A stretch of 58,026 nucleotides of DNA, filler included, from Circinaria calcarea (taxonomy: Eukaryota), in the NCBI GenBank assembly GCA_051942165.1. It is 4 parts of 4 records of this genome, joined end to end, with 100 filler letters (N's around TTAATTAATTAA, not from the genome) between each part and the next. Parts side by side here need not be neighbours in the genome. Positions count along the whole stretch, not along the records: positions 1 to 14,442 come from JAVECS010000430.1; 3 more parts are not named here. One strand, written 5' to 3'. Of this stretch, positions 1 to 12,396 are shown one piece after another (position 1 is the first letter of the stretch; the number at the start of each line of letters is the position of its first letter). Under the pieces are notes generated by a model, which had not been told where the DNA came from, ran no database searches, and was given only the letters and a program-made list of their open reading frames with translations. The position numbers and the translations under genes were made by a program.

Positions 1-60
1 GGAGAGGAGAGGAGAGGAGAGGAGAGGAGAGGAGAGGAGAGGAGAGGAGAGGAGAGAGAG
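1..60. repeat. (GGAGA)n pentanucleotide microsatellite, about 11 copies, at the contig end
   Basis: Directly visible tandem GGAGA units. Confidence 0.95.
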
Positions 61-449
61 GCGAATGTGGGTTTCCGCTGGTTCCGGTAGGTAGGCAAGA
101 CAGTTTACTTTTTTGATGTTGTTAAAGATAAATACCTCGTGGAGCCAGTATTCTATAGTATATAATTGCCAACCATAGATCTTAACATAGGGATTTAACA
201 GCAACCTCTACAGCACAGATTTTTCTCTCGATTCAAGGCATTGCTTCAATAACGTTACTCGTCCGGTTCTTAGTATGATGGGTTTTTGCTGGGGGAATAT
301 TGATAGTACATTACGCTATTTGGTCGAGTTATAGAGCCACAAAGTTTAACAAACCGGAGACGACAGAAGGGAAGATTCTCCAACTCGAAAGTAGCTGGGA
401 TAAAGATACATGGGGTGTAAGAAAATTCAATACGGGTAATCAGCCGTCA

Positions 450-3400
450 TTATATTAAGCCCGACTTCTTCGACGACAACCGCGAATACGTATCCCCAAT
501 GATACTCTCCGCGTCCCCCATCCCCGATGGGACAGTCGCAACCCTCCTCCGTTTTCCCCTGGTAGGCGTATCTCGGTTTTCAAGAAACAGGTGCCCGCTA
601 TCGTAATTGATGGCCCATTTGACATGGAATTGTTCGTGCTCGGGACCCGTACCGCAACTGCCGGCTAATTCGCGATTCGGCGGGCTGTTCATCGCCAATG
701 CGAACAGGTTCTGAGGTTCAATGAAATCGGTTACAAGACCTCCGCCGAATATAAAATGCACGAGGCAAAAGATGTTGGTGAAAAACACCAAGATGAGCAC
801 AAGGTGGAATATGTTTTGCCAAGGCTGATTTCCACCGGAGGCGTAATCCGCATAGCGGAAAGTTGCATTGAAAGCTTGGTATTGGGGAGTCTTTAACGTT
901 GCCACGGTGGTAGAGTAGTTCCAGAAATGAATAAAGGGAGAGTCTTGAGTGGACTGAAGCAAAGTAGAACCGGCGAGTACAGCTAGAGATTCTGCCATGG
1001 ATGGGAGGGATGTGTCGAGAGTGTTGGAGGTCGATATCAGCTGAGTAAGAAGGCGAGCATTTGCTGCTTGGGAATCCGAGATACCACCATTCAAGTTAAT
1101 GCTGAAAGCCCATAACGTGCCAAGATTAACCCAATCGCCGCTCCTTATGCCATTGGTCGCGTTAGGATAGGATTTGCTATACGCTAGCGGGTCGTTAGGG
1201 TCATTGCAGTGTGACCTCAGCTCTCCACCACTCATGCTAGAATGGTAGTGTGTAGAACAATTCGGCGTCAAGGATGCCGCAAGCGAGCAGAGCGCGTAGG
1301 AGGAATCTGCGGCCGTCGCAAGCAGATAGATAGCCTAGTCTGACTTAGTTGGAATTCCAGAGCTCTCCATCCAATGTTCTACTTACATCTGCATGATAGG
1401 CTGTGTCATTGAGTACAGAGTTGTACGGTATAGGAAACTTGGAAAACACCGGGGGTCTACGATTGTATTTCTCACCGAACCCGAAAAGGTCATCGACCGG
1501 AGTTTGATTGAGCCAGCTTGGAACAGTTGGGATACCGTAGCTGTTCGGCCAATTCGATGAGTTCAAGGGATTCGCTGTCGCATTAGGCCAGGTAGAATAG
1601 ACTAGTGGAGCTATCTCGTCCTCCGTGACGGTTGCACAAAGAACGTTAACAACGGATGAGGGTACAGAGGCTCCGATGGTGTACTCTCCGAGGCCCTGGT
1701 TATGAATTAGCTCAGTAGTCGTTGATTCATGTTATGGAACTTTACGCTAAGGTCCTTGGGTTGTAAAATCCTGTTTATAGGGTCTAGTATCATTAGACAT
1801 CCGGTTCGTCCACCGAAATCAAGAGTTCAGCAAGGATCACATACCTCTTGCTGCACTGAAAATCCCAGAGTGTGGCATTGCCATTGTAACATTGTTAACT
1901 ATTCTTCCGTACTTTATCGAATCATCAGTCATGTTTTGTGTACTGATCCAACTTCCAAGAACAGTAGTGTTGTCGTAAAGCATTGCAGTAGGCCGCGGTC
2001 GACTAATCAATTCGCTCGAGCCATTTCCTGTGTCTATGCTATTTCTCCAGCTCCCAAGCCATTGCATGTAATTATGGTACGCCTGACCTGCGTGCTCAAT
2101 CTGTATGCAAGTACGCGCTGCCTCTGTATCTGTAGCTAACGGGATAGGTGTCTGGCAATGTTCCTGAACGTAGAATGGATTTGCAAACGTAGTCGCAACT
2201 CGTCCATACATCAATCTACTTTCCTCCTTTCCCATTTTTAATTGAGGGGTAACTAATGAGCATCAGCATATCTATAAGAAACATTCAAGAGGTCTTGATT
2301 CCCAATCTATCGCGCAAATAACCGAGGCCAAACTCACCTAGTGCATCGGATGCAGTAGTATAGAAAATGGCCATCGTAGCTGCAATCAATGCAACAATAC
2401 CTAGAAAAGTACCTCCAGCGTGATGAACGTTCTGCCAATGTGTGATCATAGTACCCGGTTGCACAACCCATGAACTAAACGACATTTCTGCGATGCTTAT
2501 TCCAGGCATATTCTTAGCTAGAGCTCGACGGCTGAGAGTTTGGCCAAGATATGCAACGAAGACTGTCACAAATGATAGCTCAATGCTTTTAGCAAAAGCT
2601 GCAGCCAGCAAAGAGGCAGTTCCCTGTATCCACCATCAGCCAACGTCTAGCAGGGAAACCATGAATGGTGGGAGATGGTTTACCGGTGACAGTCGTGCTG
2701 TGGAGGTCACCCTCTCCCCATATCTTGGCTTGACCAGCGCTACTACCACCCAGATGCCCGAGAATATGGTCGAGTAGATGGCAAGGACCAAAATAGAAAG
2801 CGACAGCCAGTGACCCCTTCCTTGCTGAAAGTTTTGGGATGCTTTGCATTGCGACGGTGGGTCGAAATCTATTGCAGTGCGTACGAGTTAGCTAAACACC
2901 CCCTTCAATATATCGTAGCAGGCGGGGGAGATATTAAGCCAATATTGTGTGCCGATCTTGTAGCATACATGTCCAACTTCGAGTGCACAGCTCTTAAATG
3001 GGCAATGCCGATGAAAGTAAAAGCAAGTGATTCTATCAAGACTGTGCTTAACTGAAGTAAAGAACGATCTTATGGACGGCGCAATCTTGGGTGTCAAGTG
3101 TTCGGTATCAGAGTCCGCTTCGAAAGGCTGGTGTATAGAAGATGCGCCTGATTTATCCGGATGGTGTTCAAAGCCATGTCCAAACTCCGTCGAGTCGTTG
3201 CCAGCCCCAACACGCGTAGACGATGGGGAGAGTAAAAAATCCGTCGATCGTGGTGTCCCATCAATAGACTTGCTACTAGCTTTTCGTGGGATGGATCTCT
3301 GCTGCCCTCCTAGATTTGTGATTGCCAGACCGCTCTCAGCCAAGCTGTCTCCAATAGTCTCCGAGTCAAGGTGCACGGGATGATTTCCATGATACTGTGT

Positions 3401-3568
3401 GTCTACTTCCCCAATTGACGAGATGCGCTGATAGCCAGGCCGATAGAGGAGGGACGGCGGGGAAGGGACGCTCAAGGCGCTGGAATCGAAAGAAAGGTTT
3501 GGAAGTTCAAAAGATTCTTCATTGTTTTTCTTTCCAGAATTCGACGGTGTTGTTCTGTCATTATCCAT
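450..3568 (-). CDS. Conserved multi-exon fungal membrane protein of unknown function
   Basis: ORFs 2888-3568, 2285-2611, 1837-2235, 1345-1566 and 450-1271 can be joined through GT..AG introns. Hydrophobic segments include HWLSLSILVLAIYSTIFSGIW, AFAKSIELSFVTVFVAYLGQTLSRRA and FHLVLILVFFTNIFCL, followed by DFIEPQNLFALAMNSPP. Exon boundaries are approximate. Confidence 0.75.
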
Positions 3569-5543
3569 CTCCGTGATGTGGGCTCAGAGCCTAAGGTTGG
3601 AACAACCTGAGGACATGAGGCAGAGAGATAAGGGAGCTACGAGGACAGGCCCCCAAGCTGAATGCTACACCAATCTTCACATTTCTTCAGCCCACCGCCG
3701 CTTTTAGGGGTAGACAACCCCTTACTGGTCTTACTGCATGGCACAGCCTGATCGATGTCGGCGTCAGAGTAGTTTTTTACAGTCCCAGTTCGACGCCTTC
3801 CAACTCGAAAATGAGTTTGAGTTGGCGGATAGGTGCATGACATGAAACCCTCCGACACCTCATAATTCCCGAAGCCTGAAGTTGCTCGATGGATCGCTCG
3901 ATACCGGTGCAACCTCGATTACAGGACAACTCTCCTCTTCGCAATGGAACAAATGAACGACAATGGGGGCGGTCAGCCACATGGGATCTACACAGTAGTA
4001 AGTAGCAGCTAGTGGACCGGAATGATAAAACGTCCGGCCGAGTGAACCAGATCCTCGGGCCCGCCAATGTATTTTGGGATTAAGATCGCACGAGTTCGGA
4101 AGCTTATCGCCGTCCTTGCCCAAACACGCATACGGACGGGTGACAGTTCGGGCTAGGATGTACAGGGGCTGTAAATAGGTACTGATCCTGATCCCTGTTT
4201 TCCCACACAAAACAGTCCTTGCAGTAAAATATCACCCTGGTGTATTCTAGCCCGAGCTGACCACCCACTGTAAGCCACGCCGCCGCTTTACTGTGGTATC
4301 CGGCGAAATAATTATTAGCGCGGGTTTCCACCACCCCCGTTATATCCAACAACAACGATAAAGATTTCTGATAAAACCAAAGTATTATGATTTCGAGCTT
4401 ATTCCAGTTGTCTATATAATTTCAAAGTGCTGTTTGGGCATGGTATCATAACTGTGAAAACCTGCGCTAATAATTATTTCACCACATACCACAGTACTTT
4501 GTCTGAGCTACGAAACTGTCACCTTCTTCTCCTATGTGACCAGGATCTAACACACATCACCGACCTTGCTTTGGCTTATAGAATATGATGCGAGCAATAT
4601 TGCACGAAGTACTGGCGCGTATATCAAACTACATGTATCTTGAAAAACTATGGCAGGTGGAACGGATCTAACATCGTTGCGATGTGAAGGACGATACTAT
4701 CCACAGGGACCTTCATGGTATGATTGGAGCTAACCTCTGATATGTTCATTCAAAAGTCTGCTAATCCTAAGCTATTAGTATTGTCATACCAAACACTCGT
4801 CTCTTTGCTCTCACTTCCATACTCTCACCGAGGGAGTGAGAGTATCTCTCATTAGTCCAATTGCCGACTTCGTCGAATTAGCTGAGTGCTCGGTATGACA
4901 GTCCTTCATGGAATTGGATTTCACGTACTTCCCCCTCCAAACCATATTTGCCAGATTCGGTGACTGAGGTATTTGAGCGGGCTTTGCCTCAATATTCAGG
5001 CTTGGTGGCTCAACAGACGACTTGAGACCTATTGGTTGAGGAACTCATCAGACTAATCACGTGGGTCTGTACCTGTGAGGGGCTTGAAGTATGGTGTCAC
5101 TGGCAAAATCCACTGTCTACGCAGTTTGAGCAGGGAACGATCTGCACGGCTCAAAGGGTGATCTGACATCTCCAGCAAACCAAGCTCGGCAAAGAGAGCT
5201 GAGGCCTGGATGGGCTGGAGAGGAGGACTCTCGCAGTACTCCCGATCATCATCATAATTCGGACGACACCTTGACCAATCATCTATAAGTATAGCAGCCT
5301 TTATCACATAGTAAGTGACCCTTACTTACCTCCCTTTTGTGAGTGAGGGTGCCCTGGCAAATTCTCAGCCCACAGGGTCAATAGGATATATGGATGTATG
5401 GCTAGGCCGCAGATGTCTTTCCTGAACTGTTTTCTCTACCCGCTGAGGATGAACCGCAAGGTCTAACCTTTCGTAGGTCCTTAGGCCGGTGGATAAAGAA
5501 GATTCTCTCAAAAGCTTAGAACATCGACCGTCAAGTTCTGGCC

Positions 5544-7034
5544 ATGCAAGACTTACCCTGTGTGCATACCAACAATTATGCTTGCAGCTTCAACTGTAGT
5601 TCCTGGTCGCAGAACAGGCGACAGGGATGCACAGAACTTCTTGCTGAGACCCTTCCATCCTGGACCTATTCAGCGTCTAGGTCTATTCTACCTGAAGAAA
5701 GCGACGACGAAAGGAGCACCTTTGCAAAATCAGTTAAGAGACGCCGATGGGGTAGACTGACGTTTCTTGATGGATCTTTTCGTCCACTGATCGTATTGGA
5801 CGACGATGCTGATGACAATGCTGTTATCCCGAGACCTTTGTTACGGGCCGGCAGAGATATAGGTAATCCTATTATTCTAGACGATGAACTTCCAAGCCCA
5901 TTAGCTACGCTAGATATTCCAAGTTCTGCAATAGATACTCAGGACGTCAAAGAACCCCCAAGCGAGACACTGGCGGACGTGAGCCCTTCGCTTTCGGAAA
6001 GCTATTTGCAGCCTTCCTCAGAACCCACCCCATATTCGATTCCACAATCTTCGGTAGATTGGGAGGATGACTGGACCAAAACCCTGACTCGATGTGGCTT
6101 AGGACAACCGGGTTGCTTGATGAAGAATCGTTCGATGAGCCTTCCTCCGGCTCTCCAACCAGTTATAGGTAATGAATCTCTTGCTTCCTGGTCCTTCACG
6201 AAAGCAATCCCCCGATTTTACGATGGACTCACGTCGCAAGTATCGGACAGCTGTCTTTCTAAGAAAAGTTCACGGAAGGCGCCAAGAAACGCGATGTCAA
6301 TCAAAGATCGTAAGCGGTTTTTCATCCATACACCAACGCCCTCTACGATAACAGCCATGAGAAGAGACATTCGGCTCACTTATGCGCTCTTAGATGAGTT
6401 CCGAGAACCTGAAGACTGCTGGCTGCATCCATATCCCCCTCCTCCGAATCGTAATGGACGAGCACGTGGCACAATCACACTTGAATATAGCTGGCGAGAT
6501 GCTCTTGGAGTCCAGTCTCTTGCCGTTAATCTCGGTATCGTTGCGCTTATTGTGGAAAGCTCTTTGACCGAAGCACAAAAACAAGGCTACGTCAATGAAA
6601 AATGGCATCTCAGCCACCTTTGCGGAAATTGGACGTGCTGCAATTGGAGGCATTTGACAGTGGAAGCAGGGAGCATCAATATTAACCGTAATGCATGTTT
6701 TATGCTTCCCGAAATATGTTTCAACCATATTCCGCCATGTATGAAATCTCGGAAGCGACGATTATCATCAACAAATCATACGAACAAGGAGTACTGTTGC
6801 ATCTCAGACTCAGAACACGGATATGAGGTGAAAAATGTGATGAACTACAGCAGCTTCCCTCTGACCACTCCTTGTCCTATCAATTACAAAGACAGAGATA
6901 ACGTGGATACTAGCAAGGAGGCACATAGGGTATTTGCGACCACAGGAGAAAGTCGGTCTGAGGACAGTGCTATCGATGGTACACATTCTGACCAGAGTGG
7001 CAGAGAAGGTGTCGCTCCAATTGTACATATTTAA
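5544..7034 (+). CDS. Protein with a His-Cys box / zinc-binding-loop homing-endonuclease (His-Me finger) domain behind a long disordered N-terminus
   Basis: 496-aa ORF. Domain at ~6411-6745 reads DCW...SHLCGNWTCCNWRHLTVE..ININRNAC..C..H.PPC, matching the I-PpoI SHLCHNTRCHNPLHL pattern. True start uncertain. Confidence 0.75.
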   Translation: MQDLPCVHTNNYACSFNCSSWSQNRRQGCTELLAETLPSWTYSASRSILPEESDDERSTFAKSVKRRRWGRLTFLDGSFRPLIVLDDDADDNAVIPRPLLRAGRDIGNPIILDDELPSPLATLDIPSSAIDTQDVKEPPSETLADVSPSLSESYLQPSSEPTPYSIPQSSVDWEDDWTKTLTRCGLGQPGCLMKNRSMSLPPALQPVIGNESLASWSFTKAIPRFYDGLTSQVSDSCLSKKSSRKAPRNAMSIKDRKRFFIHTPTPSTITAMRRDIRLTYALLDEFREPEDCWLHPYPPPPNRNGRARGTITLEYSWRDALGVQSLAVNLGIVALIVESSLTEAQKQGYVNEKWHLSHLCGNWTCCNWRHLTVEAGSININRNACFMLPEICFNHIPPCMKSRKRRLSSTNHTNKEYCCISDSEHGYEVKNVMNYSSFPLTTPCPINYKDRDNVDTSKEAHRVFATTGESRSEDSAIDGTHSDQSGREGVAPIVHI

Positions 7035-8765
7035 CACGGACAAACTCACAGAACTGCATAGCAAATTTCCTTTGACTACTGCATCAGATACCCCGTTAGA
7101 CTGTCTCTAGATACATATCCACTTATCGGAGCACCCTCCGGAGACCAATTCAAGCTTAGCCGTACATGTGATGTGTGTTCATTGCAAAGGCATAGTATCC
7201 CACTAGGTGTTTTCCTAACAAGCTTCCGCTTAGGATTTCGTGTAAAATTTGAAACGTTAAACAAGGGCTTAGGGTTTGTGATTGTAGCATTGTATTCTAT
7301 ACTAGATTTCGGTGTAAAATTACATGTATTACCATAAGCGGGGCTTGGCATCAACTTCCTTGGGTCTTTGCTTCTTTACGAGTGCCCTCAGACTTCCTCA
7401 ACCAGTTGTAAAATTCAAGTAGCTCAATAGAAATGAGTTGATACCCATAGGAGATCACGGACGATGGTCTCTATCCCCCCAAATCAGATTCAATATGGGA
7501 AGATCATGCTTCGTAGTTGCAGGCCCTCTTTGCGCTCTGAACAGTTGACAAGTAGCCTGTGGCAATTTGGAATAGGCTTACACTTGTGAAACTGTTATGA
7601 AGATGGCCTAAGTGGTGAATTGATCGGGACATCGCATAGCGCTGACCACTTCGACCCTAGAGCCGTCATTGAAACGTCGCGGGCGAATCAATACTCCAAG
7701 GTTAGCTAACCATTGTTGAGCGAGCTGCAGTAATTATTTGACTGATCTTTACCTAGTAATTTCTAGATACTACGCGACCTTGGGTGAGCAAACTCATATA
7801 TCCATTCAATAGGAGCATCACCTAGCCTGGATTGCCTGGACTGCCTCCGTGGGTCGAAGTACCGCTATACAGCTTATGTCAAAAGACTTGGTCGTTGGAT
7901 GCTCCAGTGGCCTACGGGCTGCGCGCTTTGCATGAAGCAGGTCTGGATAACTTAACAAAAGACATGGGTTCATCATAATCATAGCTCATTGGAGAATGGG
8001 AATGATCGTGGTGGATGTTCAAGGTGTAGAATGTCTTGATTGAATCTCATCTTGGCTATTTGGACTATGGCGAGCTGAGTATTCAGTTTACGGTGGGCAT
8101 ATCTTCTGATTATCTAGACGGCTGAACGTGTGCTTCTCCTACGCAAAATTCATATTTTCCTTACGAACCCTGGCTAGCAGGTATGAAGCCTTACTCTACT
8201 TCCAACTATTCTGTCATTCTGCCGGGATTGAGTCACGCGCCACGCCACACTCCGCGAGACTCCCAAATAAGAAGGGGTGGACTAGCAGTGGTATACCTTA
8301 GGCCAACCAAACGCCAGGAGATCTGGAATAGCCTTTAACATCTGCATGAAAGAAGATATTCAGACCTACTTGTTCTACTTACTATGCTGCTACCTCAGTA
8401 TCGCTTTGCGTGAGAATGCGGGTTGTTAGGAGCCCTTTTGGTACACAACGTACCTTTCATTGACTCAGTCATTGTAAACCACTGCCCAAGTTGCGAGCCT
8501 GAATGTTGATATTGCACCAGTGAACGCCACATAGTCTGATGGTTCCGCATGCTTCCAGCAGCCAGTACCATCCCGTCGGGAGTCCTGCCGTTCTTGATTC
8601 GCTATATCGCCTTTAACATCCGAGATAGTAACCTTACTTTTAACTCCAGTTGCGTTCATCCAGAACTCTAACTCGTATAATTCGAGACAATTCATGCATG
8701 AGCTCTCTTTTACTTATGGGCAGCATATCGACTATCAATCTAGCTTGGCGTTCGCAGACCTTCGT

Positions 8766-10944
8766 ATGACTCGCCGGCGTGAGTCGTACCTTCCTATTTC
8801 CTATTTCGCCCACACAATCCCTCTTCTCCTAGCCCACTTTCTCTGACATAAACGTTCAAGGTCGGACTCCTCGTCGCCCTCCGCAGGTTCCTGGCAATAC
8901 TGCGTCACGGCGAGCTCCACCGGCTACAATTCTGAGAGCGCAGCGATTTTCACACATCAACGTCATCCCTACGAACTCACCTGAAGTGTCCCTCGAGAAC
9001 GAAAATCCGCCCCTTCCAACGTTCCGCAAACCATCGCTAAGTCATGAAGTTGACAACGTGATGAACGGTGTAGCGGATGGTCTGAAGTTGAACGCTACTG
9101 ACAGTGTTGCCAACAACGTATCCGGTGCTTCATTTGCTTCTCGGGCGAGGGCTGCTGAACTTGACGCATCTCGAGCACGGAAAACAATGCCGGAGAAAGA
9201 GAAGGCCGTCACTTCATCATCTGAACCAATGAAGTTTACAAAGCCACGTGCCAAACCTGCTAGGACTTGGAAACCTCTCGACTTAACTGAACTCCCAGAA
9301 GCATCATCAGAGTCGAGTGAAGCCATCAATGCTGACAAACATAAAGCATCGCTCAAAGATACACGAGGCGACTACGCCTACTACGACGGTACCGCTGTTC
9401 GTCACATCTACCGGGAGAACTACGTTGACGAAAGTAATGTCGATGATCCACTCCAGCCTCATAATTTTCCTGAGCTTGTCAGACCATCTTCCTCACGCTC
9501 TGAACTGTCTCCGAATTCAAAGAAACTGGAACACCTGGTGGATGGTTACGAAGCTAGCGAATGGGACGCCGAAGTATCGCAGGTAGCTGCCAAGGACAAT
9601 CGATCTCTCTCGCGAGCTTCCAGCAGTCGCCTTAGCTCTCAACCATCGGGCGCTCCTTCTGTAGTAACAGGCAATGCCTTCTCATCTTTTTCGGTCCCCG
9701 AGGAACATGATGACAAGCATACGCGAACTGTACAGACTCAAGATGCAGTGCTAAAGATCCACGATCATGTGAACAATAGACAAGAAGTGAGATCAATTCA
9801 GGTTGAGATAACACCTGCCCTCCATCAGACAATTGGACCTAGTGTCGTCGTGGATGAGAAAACCGACGATCCTTTCGGAGACTATTCACTGTCAGGCAGC
9901 CTACCCAACAATAAGACCATTCAATATAGCCTTAATAAGCCGCTTCCACGCCGATATCCAGCTGTCAAAGGTACCATGGACTACGAGTACCAGTTTCCAG
10001 CTGAGCGTACCCTTCCTTACAGCTCACATCCTCATCAGCAGCAGGCTGGCCAGCTCGTGAATGAGCAGCCAATGTACCATGATACAGGTCTCGTGAGCCA
10101 CGTACAGGAAGTTTCTTATCATCGACTGTCTGAAGAAGAGAAGAAAGACATGCTCAAGCAACATTTGAAGAACCTCGTCGAAATCCAAACAGGCTTCCCA
10201 CCGTCCACTCGGACTGTGTTGCACGATCCAGTCGCTCATCCTGACACCCAATTACACGGATCCCGTTTGGAATCAGCAACTATCTCTCAACCAGATTCGG
10301 AGCTCCTGAAACTAAGTGATCCTCTACCTTGGAAGGAGCGTTTTGCGGGTGTCCTACTCACTCCGTCGATGTCCAATGCCAAACTTTCTATCACTGATTT
10401 GCAGAAACCACTTCCACATCAGAAAGGTCGTTCATCAATTCATAATATGGACCTCGAAGCTCTCGCGGTTGAGAGATCCCTCGCAGATACAGAGAGCTGG
10501 TGGCATCAGGATTCACGTGTAGGCAGTCGAGAACAGCAAGAAATTCTCACTTGGTTGCACAATGAAGGCCAGGGAATTCGTAAGCATGAGAGAGCCATGA
10601 TCTCTGGAGCTGCTATCACGGCAGATACTCCAGTTGAGTCTAAAGGTCCAGAGTACCCCGAGGTCGGGGTCATAGACAAACTCATTGTGCCTGCCATTAC
10701 GAACCTCTCAACTTACCTTGTTTCTACGGACTACTTTGGTCGCTTTGGTCGTGTACCGGAATGGTGTATTGACCAAACACCAAATGGTAACTTGAGCTTC
10801 TTCGGAGAGGATTGGGGTGCTCCCCCTCCAAGAGTCGGAAGAGATCCGAGGTATAGACCAATGCTTCATGAAGGAAGGTATACAGTCTTTGAGGACTTGA
10901 GTGGTAGAGGAGGGATCGGTGGGTTCAGCAGGAGAGTGCGCTGA
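8766..10944 (+). CDS. Fungal hypothetical protein, mostly low complexity with a conserved-looking C-terminal block
   Basis: ATG 8766, 13-nt exon 1, phase-1 intron 8779-8860 (GTGAGT..CTGAC..AAG) splices in frame into ORF 8986-10944. C-terminal motif FGRVPEWCID..SFFGEDWGAPPPRVGRDPRY. Confidence 0.75.
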
Positions 10945-12396
10945 TCTTCTCTGGCCTCGTCATTTAACTTCAAACTGCATGAGCTAGAGGGGCTTCACGG
11001 TCGAACAAGTCTCGACGAATTATTTGAGCTAAAGGAGAGACTTGTAAATGCTACGGGCCCGAGTATGTTCACAGCCTTGGGCCTTCATGACTGGCGGTGT
11101 ATGGCATAAATATCCTGAGCCTAAATGAGATGGGCCATTGGTGGATTGCTTGATGGAGGAAAGTAACTCGTGAATCTGGCTAATGTGGCCATTATTGCAG
11201 ACCTGGAAAAGAAGATATCTCGGTGTCGTGCTGTAGCTTGATCGTCTTCTCAAATTGTCAAACGTGAACAAGGAGTGCAGTCATTTCTCTTGTACTTTAG
11301 TTGTCAATAAGTGAGTCTAGAACAATTGATGTGCTTCACTGTTTAGTATGCAACGTCATTATTCTTGTAGAAACTAAAAAGGATTTCGAAGGCATAAAAT
11401 CTCCTAATTAGTATATCGCATAATGAAATTCAAAGTCGATGCCAGAAGTGAGTACTTTACTCAATAAAACGGTAGAATGGATGGCGGTTAATCCTTCCGT
11501 GCCCCAAGCGCGCGGTTGCGAAAACTCACCTCATGTGTAGACCCAATGTGCATGATTGCAGTATCTGTAGAGGAAAACCCGAGAGTATGAAAGGATCGGT
11601 GAAGATCTATTTCTGCTAATGAGTTCAGTTCGGCTCGAGAAGGAGAAATAGGGAACCTATAGTTAAACATCACGGCCCTATTTCCAGTAGTCACAGACCA
11701 GTCATTGGGGGAATCAGAATCAATTGCATGAGTAGCTAATCTATGCTAAGTAAAGATATTGCAGCGCTCCGCTGGCCGATAGGCCCCGAAAGAAGGGGGC
11801 TGGCGGCCTCGTAATTTCGCTAAGAAGCCACAGACCAGTGAGGTAAACGAGCGTGGCTGGGAGATACCAACCTCTCCCGCTGTCACCCACCCCGATGATC
11901 CCACACATTGCACTGAATGCTCTGCCAGAATTGTGTAACCTCTCAATCTTTCCTCTCACTTGGGACAATTCTAGGAGAGAACTGACTTGGTGAGAGATGT
12001 GCAGAATTCCGTTCTCTTCTATCCTTCTCTGTCAATGCAACAAGAATTTGAAGACTCAACAGTCACTGCGGGTACCCATATGCTTTTCGCTCACCAGTTT
12101 ACCGTCCAATTTGTTTCACCGATGCGATGAAGTCGTCTCACTCTGGGACAAGAAAAATCCACATCTCAAGCCTCTTTCCCCAATACAAAAGTCGTTGCGC
12201 GTTATCATGGGCTCTCCAAAGCCGTTTCGTTGCTCGTCGTGATTTCATGAAAATATGGTAATAATGATACTGTTGAAGAATGAGTTGCATGCGAGCTTCC
12301 AAATCGGGATATTTCCCAGCCACCTTTCTCTGAATTTTAGATCCGTCTTCTACACGCTTATGCTCTCAGAGACAGATCGATGGGTTACTGTTTCTG

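Noticed and set aside
7076..8700. Long intergenic region beside the endonuclease gene, examined for group I intron or rDNA remnants
   Set aside because: No rRNA or intron core motifs recognised by eye; a covariance-model search would be needed
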